A DNA stretch of 64,000 bases from Ascidiella aspersa (lineage: Eukaryota), in the NCBI GenBank assembly GCA_963924565.1, contig OZ004607.1, positions 31,496,001 to 31,560,000 on the forward strand, given 5' to 3'. This document shows positions 37,350 through 50,399 of the stretch, in pieces (within the stretch, counting starts at the first letter, position 1; the number at the start of each line of letters is the position of its first letter). Made by a program: the position numbers and the translations under genes. The notes under the pieces were generated by a model, which saw only the letters and a program-made list of their open reading frames with translations, searched no databases and was not told the origin of the DNA.

Positions 37350-39731
37350 GTCACTACAAATAGACAAGTACCAACAGTTTGGGGGAATTTTTAATGAAAG
37401 AACGGTGTCAAAAATCATTGTTTTGCTACAATTTATGTGAGACGTCAGTTGCGAAAGATAAACAAAGTCGCGAAAAATAGCACATGCAATACAAATTACA
37501 AATGAGCCATTACAAATCTGTCACTACAACAAATTGTTTTTTTCATGCAAATGTTTTTTACATGTAATTAAGTCTCTTTATTTAACAAACGTAGCGGATT
37601 ACTTCCCAAGTAAATAATGTATCGTGCAATTTTTTTTTAATTTCGTAACTGTATGTAAAATTACCTGGACTGGCAAAGGGTGCGGCAGGAAAACCTACCA
37701 TATTTCAAACTAGGAAAAAGAGACAAAATGTATAAGCAATTAAATCATTTATTGTCTCATCTCAAAGTCAAAAGGGCACCATTTAATGTTTTTATGCTCT
37801 AAAGATTACATCCTGTAAGTTGCGCCAAAGGTATTCGCCAGTCCAAGCCATTTTACATACAGATACGAAATTTAAAAAAAATTGAACAATACATTATTTA
37901 CTTATAAAACTTAAAACATGAAACCCTAATGGTGTATAATGTAACTTGTTATGCAGGCTGGTAAAGTTGGTCACTTCATCTTTAATTCTGGTTGTCGTAG
38001 GCTACAGCAATTAAAGCAACAACGTAAATCAAAAACCGTATTAGCTTGGCCAAAAGTCAAGTTGTCCAGTAAATTTAAGTTTAGTCCGCTCAAAAATTTA
38101 CAGTTAAACTTAAAACAACTCGGAACCCACTCCAGCCAAATTCCCCCACCACGACCCAACAGCTAAGTATTCTATCCATCAACCTAACAATCTTGTAGGA
38201 TATGGCCTTGATAAATATAGTGCAGGGATGGCGAACCACTAACCCACCACAGATTTTCAGTGACCCGACACTTGTCTCTCTGGAAATACCGAAATGCTAT
38301 CAATGATTTTCAGGAAAGGATAAATGTAAAAAAAACAATTAACTGTTCAAATCAGGGCAGCCTAATCTGTGGGCCGTGCAAAAGTGTTTTAGGGGTGACG
38401 AGTATAGGCCTACATTAACGGCACTTCAACAAATGCGTACAAAAAAGCAGACAACTGAAAGAATTTTGTTAATCGCTCTAAACCGTAAAGGGTGGCACAA
38501 GGAAGGAAAATTAAGACCACTAGGAACTATTTTGCTGGACTGCGAACGGGTTGTTTTACCGAGTCCGTATCCCCGACTAAAATGTATTATTCAACATATC
38601 CAAAGTCGGATAAGAAAATTGTTGTACTGTTTACCTGTAAACCAGCAGTTAATCAGATATTTTAAAACCAAACATTATATGTGGAGTACAACGCAAGGTA
38701 AAGGCTACAGAACATGCTTCGATAAGGCAGAGCCTAAATATAAATTTAACCGGCTGCTCGAAAAACACTTCATGACAGCCTATTCTAAACCCACTCAACC
38801 TACTGAATAAACTGCTTCAACATTTTAAAACTGCTTTCAACATTTTTCAAAACGATTTTCCAGATTGCAGTTTTTGGCGTACTTTAGTTATATCTGCAAA
38901 AAACGCATAACTTTGTCTTTGAATACAGCCTACTACATAGCATTTAAGAAAGCGTTGTTAGTACCTCAAAACAAAAGCCCTTTTTTTTTAGGGTGGTAAA
39001 TTATAAAACCAATTGGTTTATTGCATTCTTCGGCAGTTTACTGAAAATCATCTCTGTAATTTTCCATGCGTTTCGGTATGAAAATTATTCCACTTCCATG
39101 CGTTTTTTGATTGCGTTTAGAAACAGTATAAAAAATAAAAAAGTTTACCTTTGCGTTCAAAAACTTTGTTGTCTTTTCTCTATGTTTTAAGCTGTTCTGT
39201 TATTTGGTGATGTTACTGTCGTTTCGCGACTGTATAATCCGTAGGCCTAGTTTTATTCAAAAGCCAACACGACTAACGTATGTCATGTCAGACACGTTTT
39301 TGAAGAATTCATTAATTATGCCTTTTCCGCTCTTACTAGTTCGGTTAACGGAGATGCTGGTCGGGCTGCAGAGTGTGCAGATTTTACTGCTATTAACGAT
39401 ACGACATATCAAGCACTTGATTAAATAAAAAACTACAGTGCAACAGGAAAGCTGTGTATATACTAAAGTTCAGAAATACATCGCTAGATGAATTAACGTT
39501 CTTATACGCTACAATTTAAAAGAGATAAAACTTTGTCCGATGTTAGTGAGTCAAAATTGCCAGAAAAAAAATATTGAAACAATGTAAATTGCACCGTTAT
39601 GGCCTCGTTGGGCTTACGGTGTCTTTATTTTAAGTCCTAGCGATACTAACTTAGGTTTCTAAATATCCAGCTAAAAGCGTTATTAACGTAACTATTTCAC
39701 ATTTTTACTTCCAGGTAAAGCAGCTGCATTT

Positions 39732-40230
39732 ATGAGCAAAAAGGCGATCGTGTTGAAATTCGTTCTGGTCTGAAGGTACGAGTAAGATTAAGAACGGGTG
39801 TTGAATTTTTTGAATAAAACTTACTGCAACCAGCATTCACTGAGGGAAATCTTCGAAGTTAATTGATTCAGAGAGTGGGCCAGGCAAAAATTTAATTTTG
39901 CGAATAAAATGATTAATAACAACGTATTTTTATGCTTGCAGGAGACATCTGCCAAGATCGGAAAACAGAAGAGATGCTTTGAATAAGCCTGGGCACTGTT
40001 GCTGAAAAAACTACAGGCAATTAAACCGGGCCTTGCTCGTAGATCCACTACGCAACCAGCTTGCCGTATATAAAAGCTGGTTTAATGATTTGAGGGAGAT
40101 TAAGTACAGTGATTAAACGTTGACCCGAAAACGGGTTTAAAACCAGACTGATTTATTTCACCTATACATCAGTGCTTTGATCTTGTACACACGAGTCGGA
40201 CCACCGAAAGTTCTTTCAAGCAAACTCTGA
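39732..40230 (+). pseudogene. Decayed AANAT-like GNAT copy D
   Basis: Recognisable SGL.VR, TYCNQHSLREIF, ttgcag|GAGACATC acceptor, W->TGA in the LW.S motif, VDPKTGLKPD and terminal AGC AAA CTC TGA (SKL*). Large deletion in exon 1 and frameshifts. Confidence 0.88.
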
Positions 40231-40454
40231 CTCTCGTCCGTAAGAATAGATCGTTTTAAAACATGGAATTTACTTTTTAATATTATTGATATCTCACGAA
40301 AAACACTATGGTAAATTTAAATGGAACAAAACCGAAACAGTTATCGCTTTTGTAGTTGAAGTGGACAGAAAACATTCGGATCTCTCCCTGCGCGCTATGA
40401 CCCCATAAACTCGTTAAAAGGCGCCAATATCTATAAATGAAGAGTTGGACACAC

Positions 40455-41140
40455 CTTCTTTACGAAATTATAAAGCGATTTTGCTGACCCGAAACCTGGT
40501 TTGAAGCAGGGAGTAGAACCTTTTGACTTTTCTGGTTTAGGTTCGATTCGGGTTCCAGGATTTTTTCGGAATCCGGTTTAGTTCCCGTTTCGGTTTCGAG
40601 CAATTTAAAAGTTCCGGTTCAGCTCTGGTTCGACAGTCGTTATTTCAAAACCGGTTCATAAAGTTCCGGTTCGGATACAATATAAGTTGCGTTAAATCTA
40701 AAAATATGTAAATCTTTGAATTGTAAGTCATTTAATCAAAGTTACGTGACGTAATAAAAAGACAACACCTCATAATTCAAACATACAAAAAATAAAAAAT
40801 CCACGTTTTATTTATTATTTTCATATTTTTTTTTAAATCGAACATGGCATAATTGACTTTGTAAAATACAAGTTGTGACGTCATGCTTGAGTGAACCTCT
40901 TTCATGTACAGGTTCAGGTTCGGTTAAGGTTCAAGTTTTTTCAAATTATTCGGTTCAGTTACGGCTCCTTAAAATCTTACAAAAAACAGGTTCGGAAGAA
41001 ACGACCCCAAACCGGTTCATAAAGTTCCGGTTCGGTTCCGGTTCGACACCCTGGTTTGAAGTCCTATATTATTTGGTAAATTATGCATCTCGTTACTCGC
41101 GCGTCGGCCTTACAAAGAGTCGGGCACCAAAACCCATTTT
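40455..41140 (+). pseudogene. Exon-2 relic of a further AANAT-like copy (E), split by a MITE
   Basis: gattttgctgacccgaaacctggtttgaag (D.ADPKPGLK) before the MITE; acaaagagtcgggcaccaaa after it resembles YKRVG. Confidence 0.6.
40507..41053. mobile_element. hAT MITE (CAGGGAGTAGAACC...GGTTCGACACCCTG)
   Basis: 8-bp TSD GTTTGAAG on both sides; GGTTC subterminal repeats. Confidence 0.92.
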
Positions 41141-42379
41141 TTTTAAATGTACGCCGTTGCCCCGATAGTGATAACAAATTGCCAAACTGCGTTTAAAGTT
41201 ATTGGAACTTTAAACGATTACCATCACGATTTAACCAATAATAAACGTACAAAATGTGGAAAGTTTTGCTATATTAAACTTCCATATGTTCAATTGTAAA
41301 ATTGGTCTTTCGTCAAAATTTTACTAAAATCTTTTTCAGGGCAAATCATTTTCACGGCAATATAGGCTAATTGCAATAGGCGAATACCAGGCATACAATA
41401 AAGGAAAAACAACAATGGACCACATTCTAAACCACTCTAGGCGCGAAAAACGAGATAAACACCCGATAACCGGACACTGCAGCATTCTAATGCCCGCTAC
41501 TGCGCAGAAAATGATTAGAAGCTGCAAGAAAAGTGTCTTGCCTAATGATCATTGTGTTGACATGCTCATAAAGTATAAAGTATACTACTTTTTAAATACA
41601 TCTGTAGAATGGGGTAAGCCGTTTAGCAAACAGAATACAGCTGACCAGACTCTAGACAACTAGAAATATTTTACCTTTTTTAAAATTCGGTATGCATGAC
41701 TGTCCACAGCAGACCAGCGTTTGTGGCCACTTGCGCGTGCCAAATAACCACACAGTGGCGCGTAAACAAATCTAAAAGTTTCGCGAGCGGCATGTCAATG
41801 TTTTCTTTTTAGTTAATTGAAGTGAATAGGAAGAAGTTTACACATGGATGTTTCATTCCGAAAAAGTAAGCTGTTATTCGTACTTTTATGTTTGAACTAG
41901 CTTTGTAGGTGTTTGTAATGTGTGTTTTTTTATAAAGATAGGAGTATATTGCTTAAGTTATAGTGCTCAAATTTTGCGGGCAGCGCAGCTTAAGATTTCG
42001 AAAATAATTTGCGGTGCAGCGCAGCTTGCGAACAACCTATTAAAGTGTGGTGCAGCGAACACAAATTTTATGTTTTTACCACCTCTAGTGGCTGACCTCA
42101 AAAGCGTGTTTATCTTTCGTTAATAATTAATTTTCCTATAAAGTTGGGAAGATTTGACCAGTGCGGTAAACGGGTCATTCCGTCTCATACCACCGGTCAA
42201 ACATGTTAGTCCGAGTAAAGTTCTTTATGAAAAGAATTTAAAAATGCAGTGTTATAACGGCACAAAGTTAATTATAGTGTCGAAGTTTATCGGTGTGTTT
42301 CTAAATAAGATACTGTTTTTTAGTAATAGAACCACATCCCCAGTTTCAGCACAGTTGCAAAACATAGTAACTTTATATA

Positions 42380-43663
42380 ATGGACAAAACAGAAAAACGT
42401 GCAAGGATTCTTTCTGGTCTGGAGGTCCGAAAAATCACGGAAGAAGATTCAGAACGGGTGTTGCAGTTTTTAGCTGCAAATTACAGCAAACAGCACCCGC
42501 TGAGAGATATATTCGACGTTAGCACAGATCGGGCGATTGCATACGACCGACAGCGAATTCTGGCAAAGGTCAACGATGGATTATCGTTCGGTGTTTACGT
42601 CAAAAAAACCAACGAGCTTGTTGGTGTGGCAATGAGTTCGGTGGCTACAAAGACGAACCACGGAAAAGAGCCTGAATTCAGTGGCCTAAACAAAAAGGAG
42701 CAGGCCATGGTAGATTTTGTCGAATTTATTGAAGGTAAGGGTAAAATATGAAAATCTATAGTCAAGCAACCGTATCCAAGTGGTATATGGCTATAGGTTT
42801 TAGGACATTAGTTTTACGAAACATTTACTATACCTATTTGAGTGGTTTTGGTTTGAATGTTAGGGCAAGCATTAAATAGGTTAATTTAATCTATAAACAC
42901 ATCAAAATCGTTGTCAATTTTTTCTAATTTTATGTATAATTTTATAGATCTTTATCAGATCTATTTCTCTAAAGCGGGGACTCTTGCACTTTTTCGAACG
43001 CTGTCCCCACAAAATTCGGCATGAAAATTGGCAAAGATGGCGTCACAAACAGATTAAGTTGAAACCTGCTGTTTAGGGTCAAACTTGTGTACAAATTTAA
43101 AACTGAGATCGAGCCGTATTATATTTTCATTAATCTTTTGAAAACATCAGTCTATTCAAATTATACACTTAAGTTATAATTAGGCCTTCACGAACGCCCA
43201 AAATTAGTCCACGTGTAGGCTACGCCCAAGGCGTCCACGGATCCTAGTTTAAAAGTCTAAATTTACACACGAACAATAGCTACATGGACAGCTATTAAAA
43301 CTGATTTTTTTCGCAGGAGACATATTCGAGGATCTCAAGACAGAAAAGATACTTTGGTTAAGCATGGGAGCTGTGGCTAAAAACTACAGGGGCTTAAATC
43401 TGGCAGCCTTAGTGGATCCTATTCGTGAGAGACTTGCCGCTGCTGAAGGTTGCGAATATTTAGCAAGCTTGGCGGTATCCAACTTTTCACAGCGCAACTC
43501 AGCAAAGCAAGGCTTCAAAATTTTGAGGGAGATAAACTACAGCGACTACGTTAACCCCAAAACGGGTTTAAAGCCAGATTTAAAGTTGTCCCCTATACAT
43601 ACTCGTGCGGCAGTTTTGTACAAACGAGTGGAAGTACCAAAGTCTCTTTCGAGCAAATTATGA
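42380..43663 (+). CDS. Insect-type AANAT/Dat-like GNAT, copy F (233 aa, PTS1 -SKL)
   Basis: Exons 42380-42734 and 43317-43663; same phase-1 intron; ends SLSSKL. Confidence 0.92.
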
Positions 43664-46067
43664 TATTCTACTCCAAAAACTGGTTTCGTTTTGAGATGTA
43701 TAACACTTAAAGAGTTGTTAAAAATGTTTCCCGTTTAAGCTAGAGAAAATAAGTTTTGTTGTCCATCGCCTGGTAACATGCGACAAAATAAAAATTTTTG
43801 CCCAAATGAAATTTTCCTATCAATAAATTTGCCCAAATGAAATTTTCCTATCAATATTCTGTTATCGATTCATAAATTTACGTTCGAGTTGCAATGTTTT
43901 CGTATGAACTTTGATTTATGTATTTAATTACTGATACTATTATTTGTTCGTTTGCTTATATGTTTTAGTTGCTACGAAAGCTTAAATAAATATGAAGCAC
44001 GAAATATTTCGCATGAAGCTCGAAAATACATTTGGTGTCAAATTAAAGATAATCTTTAAAAAAATGTATAAGTTTACAACGAGAAGATCGGCGAGTGTTC
44101 CTTGCTGCAGCAAATGCCTGGAGTACTTGATGAGAAAGCAGTATCTCAGGAAGGTGCGATAAACAACTCCTTGCTTGAATTCCGAGCGCTGGTCTTGAGG
44201 TGCCTATATAAACTATTTGGCCGGGTCACTCTTACGCTTGCACATAACCGTGTGACATGGTTGATGGAAATCTAAGTTGAGTACCATGCCACCCTCTCCA
44301 CAAACTGTGTTTTTGCCAAGTTTAACAGCAAAACTGTGTAACAAAAAATATGTTTTTTAAGACATTTTTTCGTGCACAAAAGAGACTGCTAAGCGAAGGG
44401 TGGTCCAAACTTTTATCCGTAATCTTCAACTCAACTTACGACAAGGTGTTAAAATTTTAAGATTTTGTTGTTTAAGCTGTGCGTAAAACTATCGTATAAA
44501 CTGTTTACGTTTTCGTGGCAATCGTACAGGCTCGACTGTGCGTGGTCCACGAACAATACAATAATAATATTGCGGCCCCAGAATTGCATGGACAACCCTG
44601 ATTTAGATGAACAACTTATCGTGGTGCTTACAGAGCTAAGCACGTTTAAAAGTACCGTAGGCCTAACACAACTAAGAGGATTTATGGATACGTGCCCTGT
44701 ATTTAGCAAGTAACGCCACATTACAAGACTTCCGGAAAATCTCACAATCGTGCCATTACACGAAAACCCCATGACGATTGACCAGGCAACTGAGTCAGGT
44801 AGAGTACAAAAAGGCTGCAGGGCATGTACAATTACTGACCTGTTACCGCGTGGCAAAAATCGGACGCTTTTACTGCTGTTAGTTTACAAGTCGACTTCAG
44901 TAAAATAGGTTGAATTTTACTGTAGGCTACTGCAAATTATCTATTGGGTTTCAAATATGCAGAGAGATACAGAACTAAAAGCAAACTTTCCAAGCAACAA
45001 AATTGATGCAAAAAGTTATGCTTCGTTTTAATGTAAACAAGTCGAACTTTATTTATGTGTTTACACTTAATTACTATGGCATTGAAAATATACAAAAAAC
45101 TTAAACTCTGGTTTTCAAAATACAACGGATTAACCCTGGTAACTTCATAGATGTGTAGTTCAATCATCTCCTGTCGACATTAACATTTGATCATATTTGT
45201 GCATGAGGGAAACAGTGAGAGGTATCATGTTTACAAAAAAGCAACATTTGTCTGGTTTTCTGTAGCCTGCTAGATTTTTCTGTGATTACATTTTGAATTG
45301 TGACTTCATCGTGAAACATTGCTTTGCAACACGCAATTCGGTCTCTGAATATTATAAACACCTACAGTAGTTTGGCACATGCCAGTAAAATCAGGTTTAT
45401 ATACCTTCTATGTATGTATGGTCAGCCAATGCTGAAATCTTAATACCTAATGGTACTTTTCGAACCCAAAATTATTAGATATTATTTATTTATCAGTCGT
45501 CAAAGGTATACGCAACATTGTGTAAATTCCAGTCTATACTTCAGTATCTGTGAAGCGATTTACCCTTAGCGATTTACAAAAATCAAAGAAGCGATTTACA
45601 AGATCAATGCAGCGATTTACAAAATCAATTCTTAGTCCAAACAGATTTTTCGCAGACGCTAAAATTACGAAATTTTAATTTTTGTTGAGATTTTGATTTC
45701 AAACTAATGTTTCGTTCGCTAATAAAAAATAGTCAAAATACATGTACAGACTGAAATGCAAATTGTAATAACATACACGAGCACAAACTTGATGCTCAAA
45801 AATATGGTATTATATTACCAAAATTGTGAATAAAAGTGAAAAAACATTTTAACGATTTTTAGATGATTAAAACTCTTCCTGGTCATAAGAACTGATTACT
45901 TGACATCTTAAGGTTTCCCAAACCCAATATTCACGTTTTTTTCTAATTATTTGTATATAGGTTGTGGAGCCTTTTGTACTGAACAAACTTCGCCTTCTGG
46001 ATATCACCGTCTGTGGTTTAATTTAGGTTGAACTAACTTTAGCTGATATCATTTGGCAACCTTCAGT

Positions 46068-47052
46068 ATGGTCAAAACAGACAAACGTGCAAGGATTATT
46101 TCTGATCTGGAAGTTCGAGTAATCACAGAGGCTGAAACAGACCGCGTGTTGCAATTTTTGGCTAAAAACTACAGCAAGCAGCATCCTCTGAGGGATATTT
46201 TCGACACCAACAACGATCGTGTTGTGGCAGTTGATCAACAGCGTATTCGGTCAAAGGTCAACGATGGCGTTTCCTTGGGTCTTTTCGTCAAAAAAACAAA
46301 CGAACTTGTGGGCGTCGAAATGAACTCGGTGTTAACAAAGACGAATCACGAGGCAGAGCCCGAACTCAGCGACTTGAACGAGAAAGAACAAATCATGATG
46401 GATTTCATCAACTTTATCGAAGGTAAAACATTTAATTACACTTTTACAGTCTCCAAACCATCTTTGTTATAATCAGAAAAGTTAATTTAATATGTTAGTT
46501 TTTTAGCGCGAGCTAACTGTTTTTGATCTTTACGTTTTGTGAATCCCAAAAGAAAGTGTTCTAAAAATAAAATGGTCTATAAAAATGCAATTTTTGGAAC
46601 CCAATTTAGCCGCAAGGCTAAACAATATTTTCAAACTAAAACGCTCATCTTTACAATTAGCGACTGAAACAACAAGGAAACCCTAACATACTTTTATGTT
46701 TACAGGAGACATATTGAAAGACCTGAACGCCAACAAAATACTTTGGATGAGCATGGGTGCTATAGCTGAAAACTATCGGGGATTAAATCTCGCCGATATG
46801 GTGGATCCTTTTCGTGAGCAACTTGCGGTTTCCAAAGGCTGCGACTATTTTGCAAGCTTGGCTTCATCGTACTACTCGATCAACAACTCGAAAAAGCAAG
46901 GTTTCACCATTTTAAGGAAGATAAACTACAGCGATTACGTTGACCCGAAAACGGGTTTGAAGCCAGATTTAAAATTGTCACCTGTTCACACTTGTGCCGC
47001 AGTGGTGTACAAACGAGTCGGAACAGCAACACCTCTTTTAAGCAAGCTGTGA
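46068..47052 (+). CDS. Insect-type AANAT/Dat-like GNAT, copy G (233 aa, PTS1 -SKL)
   Basis: Exons 46068-46422 and 46706-47052; ends LLSKL. Confidence 0.92.
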
Positions 47053-48935
47053 ATTTTCTGAAATTTTTTCCTAGATTGTTTTGAAATGTAAGGTTGAATT
47101 TGTGTTATTTTTGTTTATGACAATACGTGAAGGCCTAATAGTCAACAAATTGATGTAAAACGTGTATTGTGGTACTATTTTCAGTTTGACAAAACAGTTC
47201 TATGAGCTATACGGCTTTGTAAGCACTGATAAATATACTTTCGTTACTTAGACACCATGACGGGTTAAACCTTCTATCAGGTACATGATAGCGACTTGAT
47301 AAACAGTCAAAATTTTCGGCGCCGGTGAACAAAGGTGATATACTTTGCAACGTACATCGGTATCCACAATTAATCGAGTTAAAGTAAAATTAAAAACATA
47401 AAAACATATTTCACAACAAATACTTAATAAAGATTTAACAATATCCGGATTATCTTCGAGGTATGATTTATTTTGCTTATACTTAAAACAATACCTCAGT
47501 ATTTCCAGTAAAGATTGTAATAAAACTAATTACGAACATGTGTGGTTTTATAAAGTTATTTGATTTCTATATAGTTATACGAATACCTTTCTTAAAAAAA
47601 CATTTAAATCACCGTTAAGAAAAATGGACCTAGGCCTAAAGCCCTAAACAATAACGAGAAGACTTAATGATTCTGTTATTATTAAAGTTTCTTAAAACAT
47701 ACAAGATGTCGTAGATTTCAAGTTATTACTAAAGATTCGTCGGTGTACCGTTTATCATTAGGGATTCATCTCTTAGTTATAACAAAAAGTAAAAAAAAAT
47801 CTTGGCCAGCTTTATATGCATATTAATACAACGTATAATAGCCACTAACTGGCTTCTAGAAACAGCCTGGACATTTAACTTACTATGTTAGTCTGTGGCA
47901 TTAAATTCATAATTACCACATTTGGTATATTTGCATTACCGTACAAATCACATTCATACAAACAAGTTACCTCTTTGTGCAAAGCTAATCGCAACTGTTT
48001 GAACAAGGGCTTGGTTAGAAAAGAGATTTAGGTCTAGGATATATGCTTATTTGTTCGGGAGCCATGAATGGTTTAGAAATAGCCACGTCAAGATATCAAT
48101 AACCTCAAGAAAATTCCTGTTCCCGGTTAAACTTGTGCGCAAATGTTTAACTTAAATTCTGTTCGAAAGCATACAAGAATGTTTGGGCAAAACGTTCGCG
48201 CGAAGCCCAAAAATAATTTCGTTTGTTTGGTTTAGATTGAAAAACCTTTAAGTAAGAAGAGGACTTGTTACAACACAAAAATTTGTAAGAAGCGCCAAAA
48301 AGCACTTGTGCTAAAAACGATTCACCAGAAATGAGGAAAATAATCTATAAATCCAGAAATGATTCGCGTTTGATGTGCTTAATAGTTTGAGGGACCATAT
48401 GCCCTCGTGATCCGCATAGATCCAACCTGTCTGTGACTAAGATTGATACATTAAACGTTTCCTTCCGCAAAAAAAAACATAAACAAACGAATGACTTATA
48501 AGATCGTGCTTTTACACAGCGTTTTATAGTGTTTTGCCAGGCAAGCAGAACATGCTACTTTACTTGCAGATTGTTCAGTAATAGTTACTAAATGAACCGA
48601 TTTCTAACCAAAGTAAGCAAAACAAAGGTGAACGAATATGCGTTCAGCTGACTATAGTTAGCCCGTTATTAGGCATTGACTAGCAATTAAAGGATAATGT
48701 ATGTGAAGAAACGTCTTTAAGCAAAGATGAGTTTTAACAAAATAAGTCACAACTCACAACAGTTGCGAAAAAACTTTGATCTCGCTCGATTATAACTATA
48801 GTATTCTTGCTAGAACGTTCAACGCTATATAGTAGGTACGGTAATCGCCGTCAAAAGAAAAGCAGGTTGGGTGAAGGGTGTTATCTCTACGTACCTTTTG
48901 ATACCTTTTGACACTCCCTTTACTTTACTTTAGCA

Positions 48936-49686
48936 CAGTGTTTCTCAACCTTTTTTACTTGGGGGCGCACCTAGAGACATTTGAAAACCTGGCGGCGCAC
49001 CTTGCGAGCGAAGCGAGCGCAAAATTTTTGAGGTGTACCGGTATTCGTTTTAATTTGGTGTCAATTTTTATTATATAGGCTTTATAATTGCAAATCTTTA
49101 AAGGATCTTCAGCCTTGACCAAAATTGGAACAACATCAACTTCGGAACAAAATACAGTTAGGAATAAGGCGTAAATAGGACTAATACCTAATAGTCGTAA
49201 TAATGACAAAATCGGAATCCGACCTAAATGGCAAAAATAAGGCCTATACCACCTTTTACCTAACCCTAAACCCCACCCATAACTATCACTAACTTCCCTG
49301 ATAATTTCAACCCTAACCCAATTGAAGCCAAAACAGGGGCGAAAAATCCGAGGCCAAAATAGCGGCGCCGAAATGGCGACAACAAACGGCCAATGCCAGA
49401 CAAATGCCAGACATTCCATACCCTTTCCCTACAGTTTTAACGTTATTTTGTCTATTAAACTCTTATTCAGATTAATTTGGGACTTATTTGGACATGTTTA
49501 GGCCTTATCTAGACTATTTTACATTTTATTCTATCGTGATTACTGCGAGTTTGGCGTTATTATGTCGGTGGTCTTAATACTATGGTATTATAGATTATCT
49601 AATTGAGATATTGCTACTTTGTAGGTCTTATTACGTTTTCTAGTTGGAAGTACTGTGAAATCGATCAGCTAAGCTCAATGTGAAAG

Positions 49687-49721
<35 letters not shown>

Positions 49722-49797
49722 AAACATATTATTTTTTCTTTTTTTTCCCGCGGCGCACCTTGTAGCCTTCCACGGCGCACACGGTTGAGAAGCGCTG
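48936..49797. mobile_element. hAT MITE (CAGTGTTTCTCAACC...GGTTGAGAAGCGCTG)
   Basis: TSD CTTTAGCA on both sides; contains a (TA)n tract and an internal cctaacc-rich segment. Confidence 0.9.
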
Positions 49798-50399
49798 CTT
49801 TAGCACGTCACATTCTCGAGTTGGGTTTTTTCTCTTTTTTGAGTCGAGAACGTTCAGCAGAACTTTGGGGTATGCGGGGATTACCTAAGCTGTATTCTCC
49901 AGAAAACAACAAAGTCAAAGAGTTGTAAAACAACACAAAAAGTATAGCCATACATATTTAGCAGTGTTGTAAAAAAGTTATTCAAAAATGACCACAGCAT
50001 TTTTAAACAATTTCCAAGTTAAGTCCAAGTCAAGCCATTTCTATACCAAGTCAATTCCAAGTTAAGTCATGGGCATCAAACATAAATGTAGAGCTATAAT
50101 AATTAGCAAATTTATTTAATTAATTGTAACTTTGTCGCATAGTAAACATCAAAAACGAAGCAAATAGCAAGCAACTTTTTTCACGATAAAAAAATAAAAG
50201 GTTAATTTACCTATCATTTACCAAAAATTAAGTTAAGTCAAGTATTTTTTGGCTGTCCGCCTAGTTTGTGGACGATTATGTAAGATTGCATTTTATGTCA
50301 AGAGTTGCATAAACATCTGCCCTGATGCTAACCATATGTTTTATTTCATGGAAAAAAATAATTTAAACAAGGTAAATTGTAAGCATAGCATTCACAGTT

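Noticed and set aside
38376-38810. 144-aa plus-strand ORF between copies C and D
   Set aside because: GTG start, no motifs and no splice framework; probably chance or repeat-derived.
49255-49325. Telomere-like CCTAACCC motifs
   Set aside because: Only scattered units inside a MITE; not a telomeric array.
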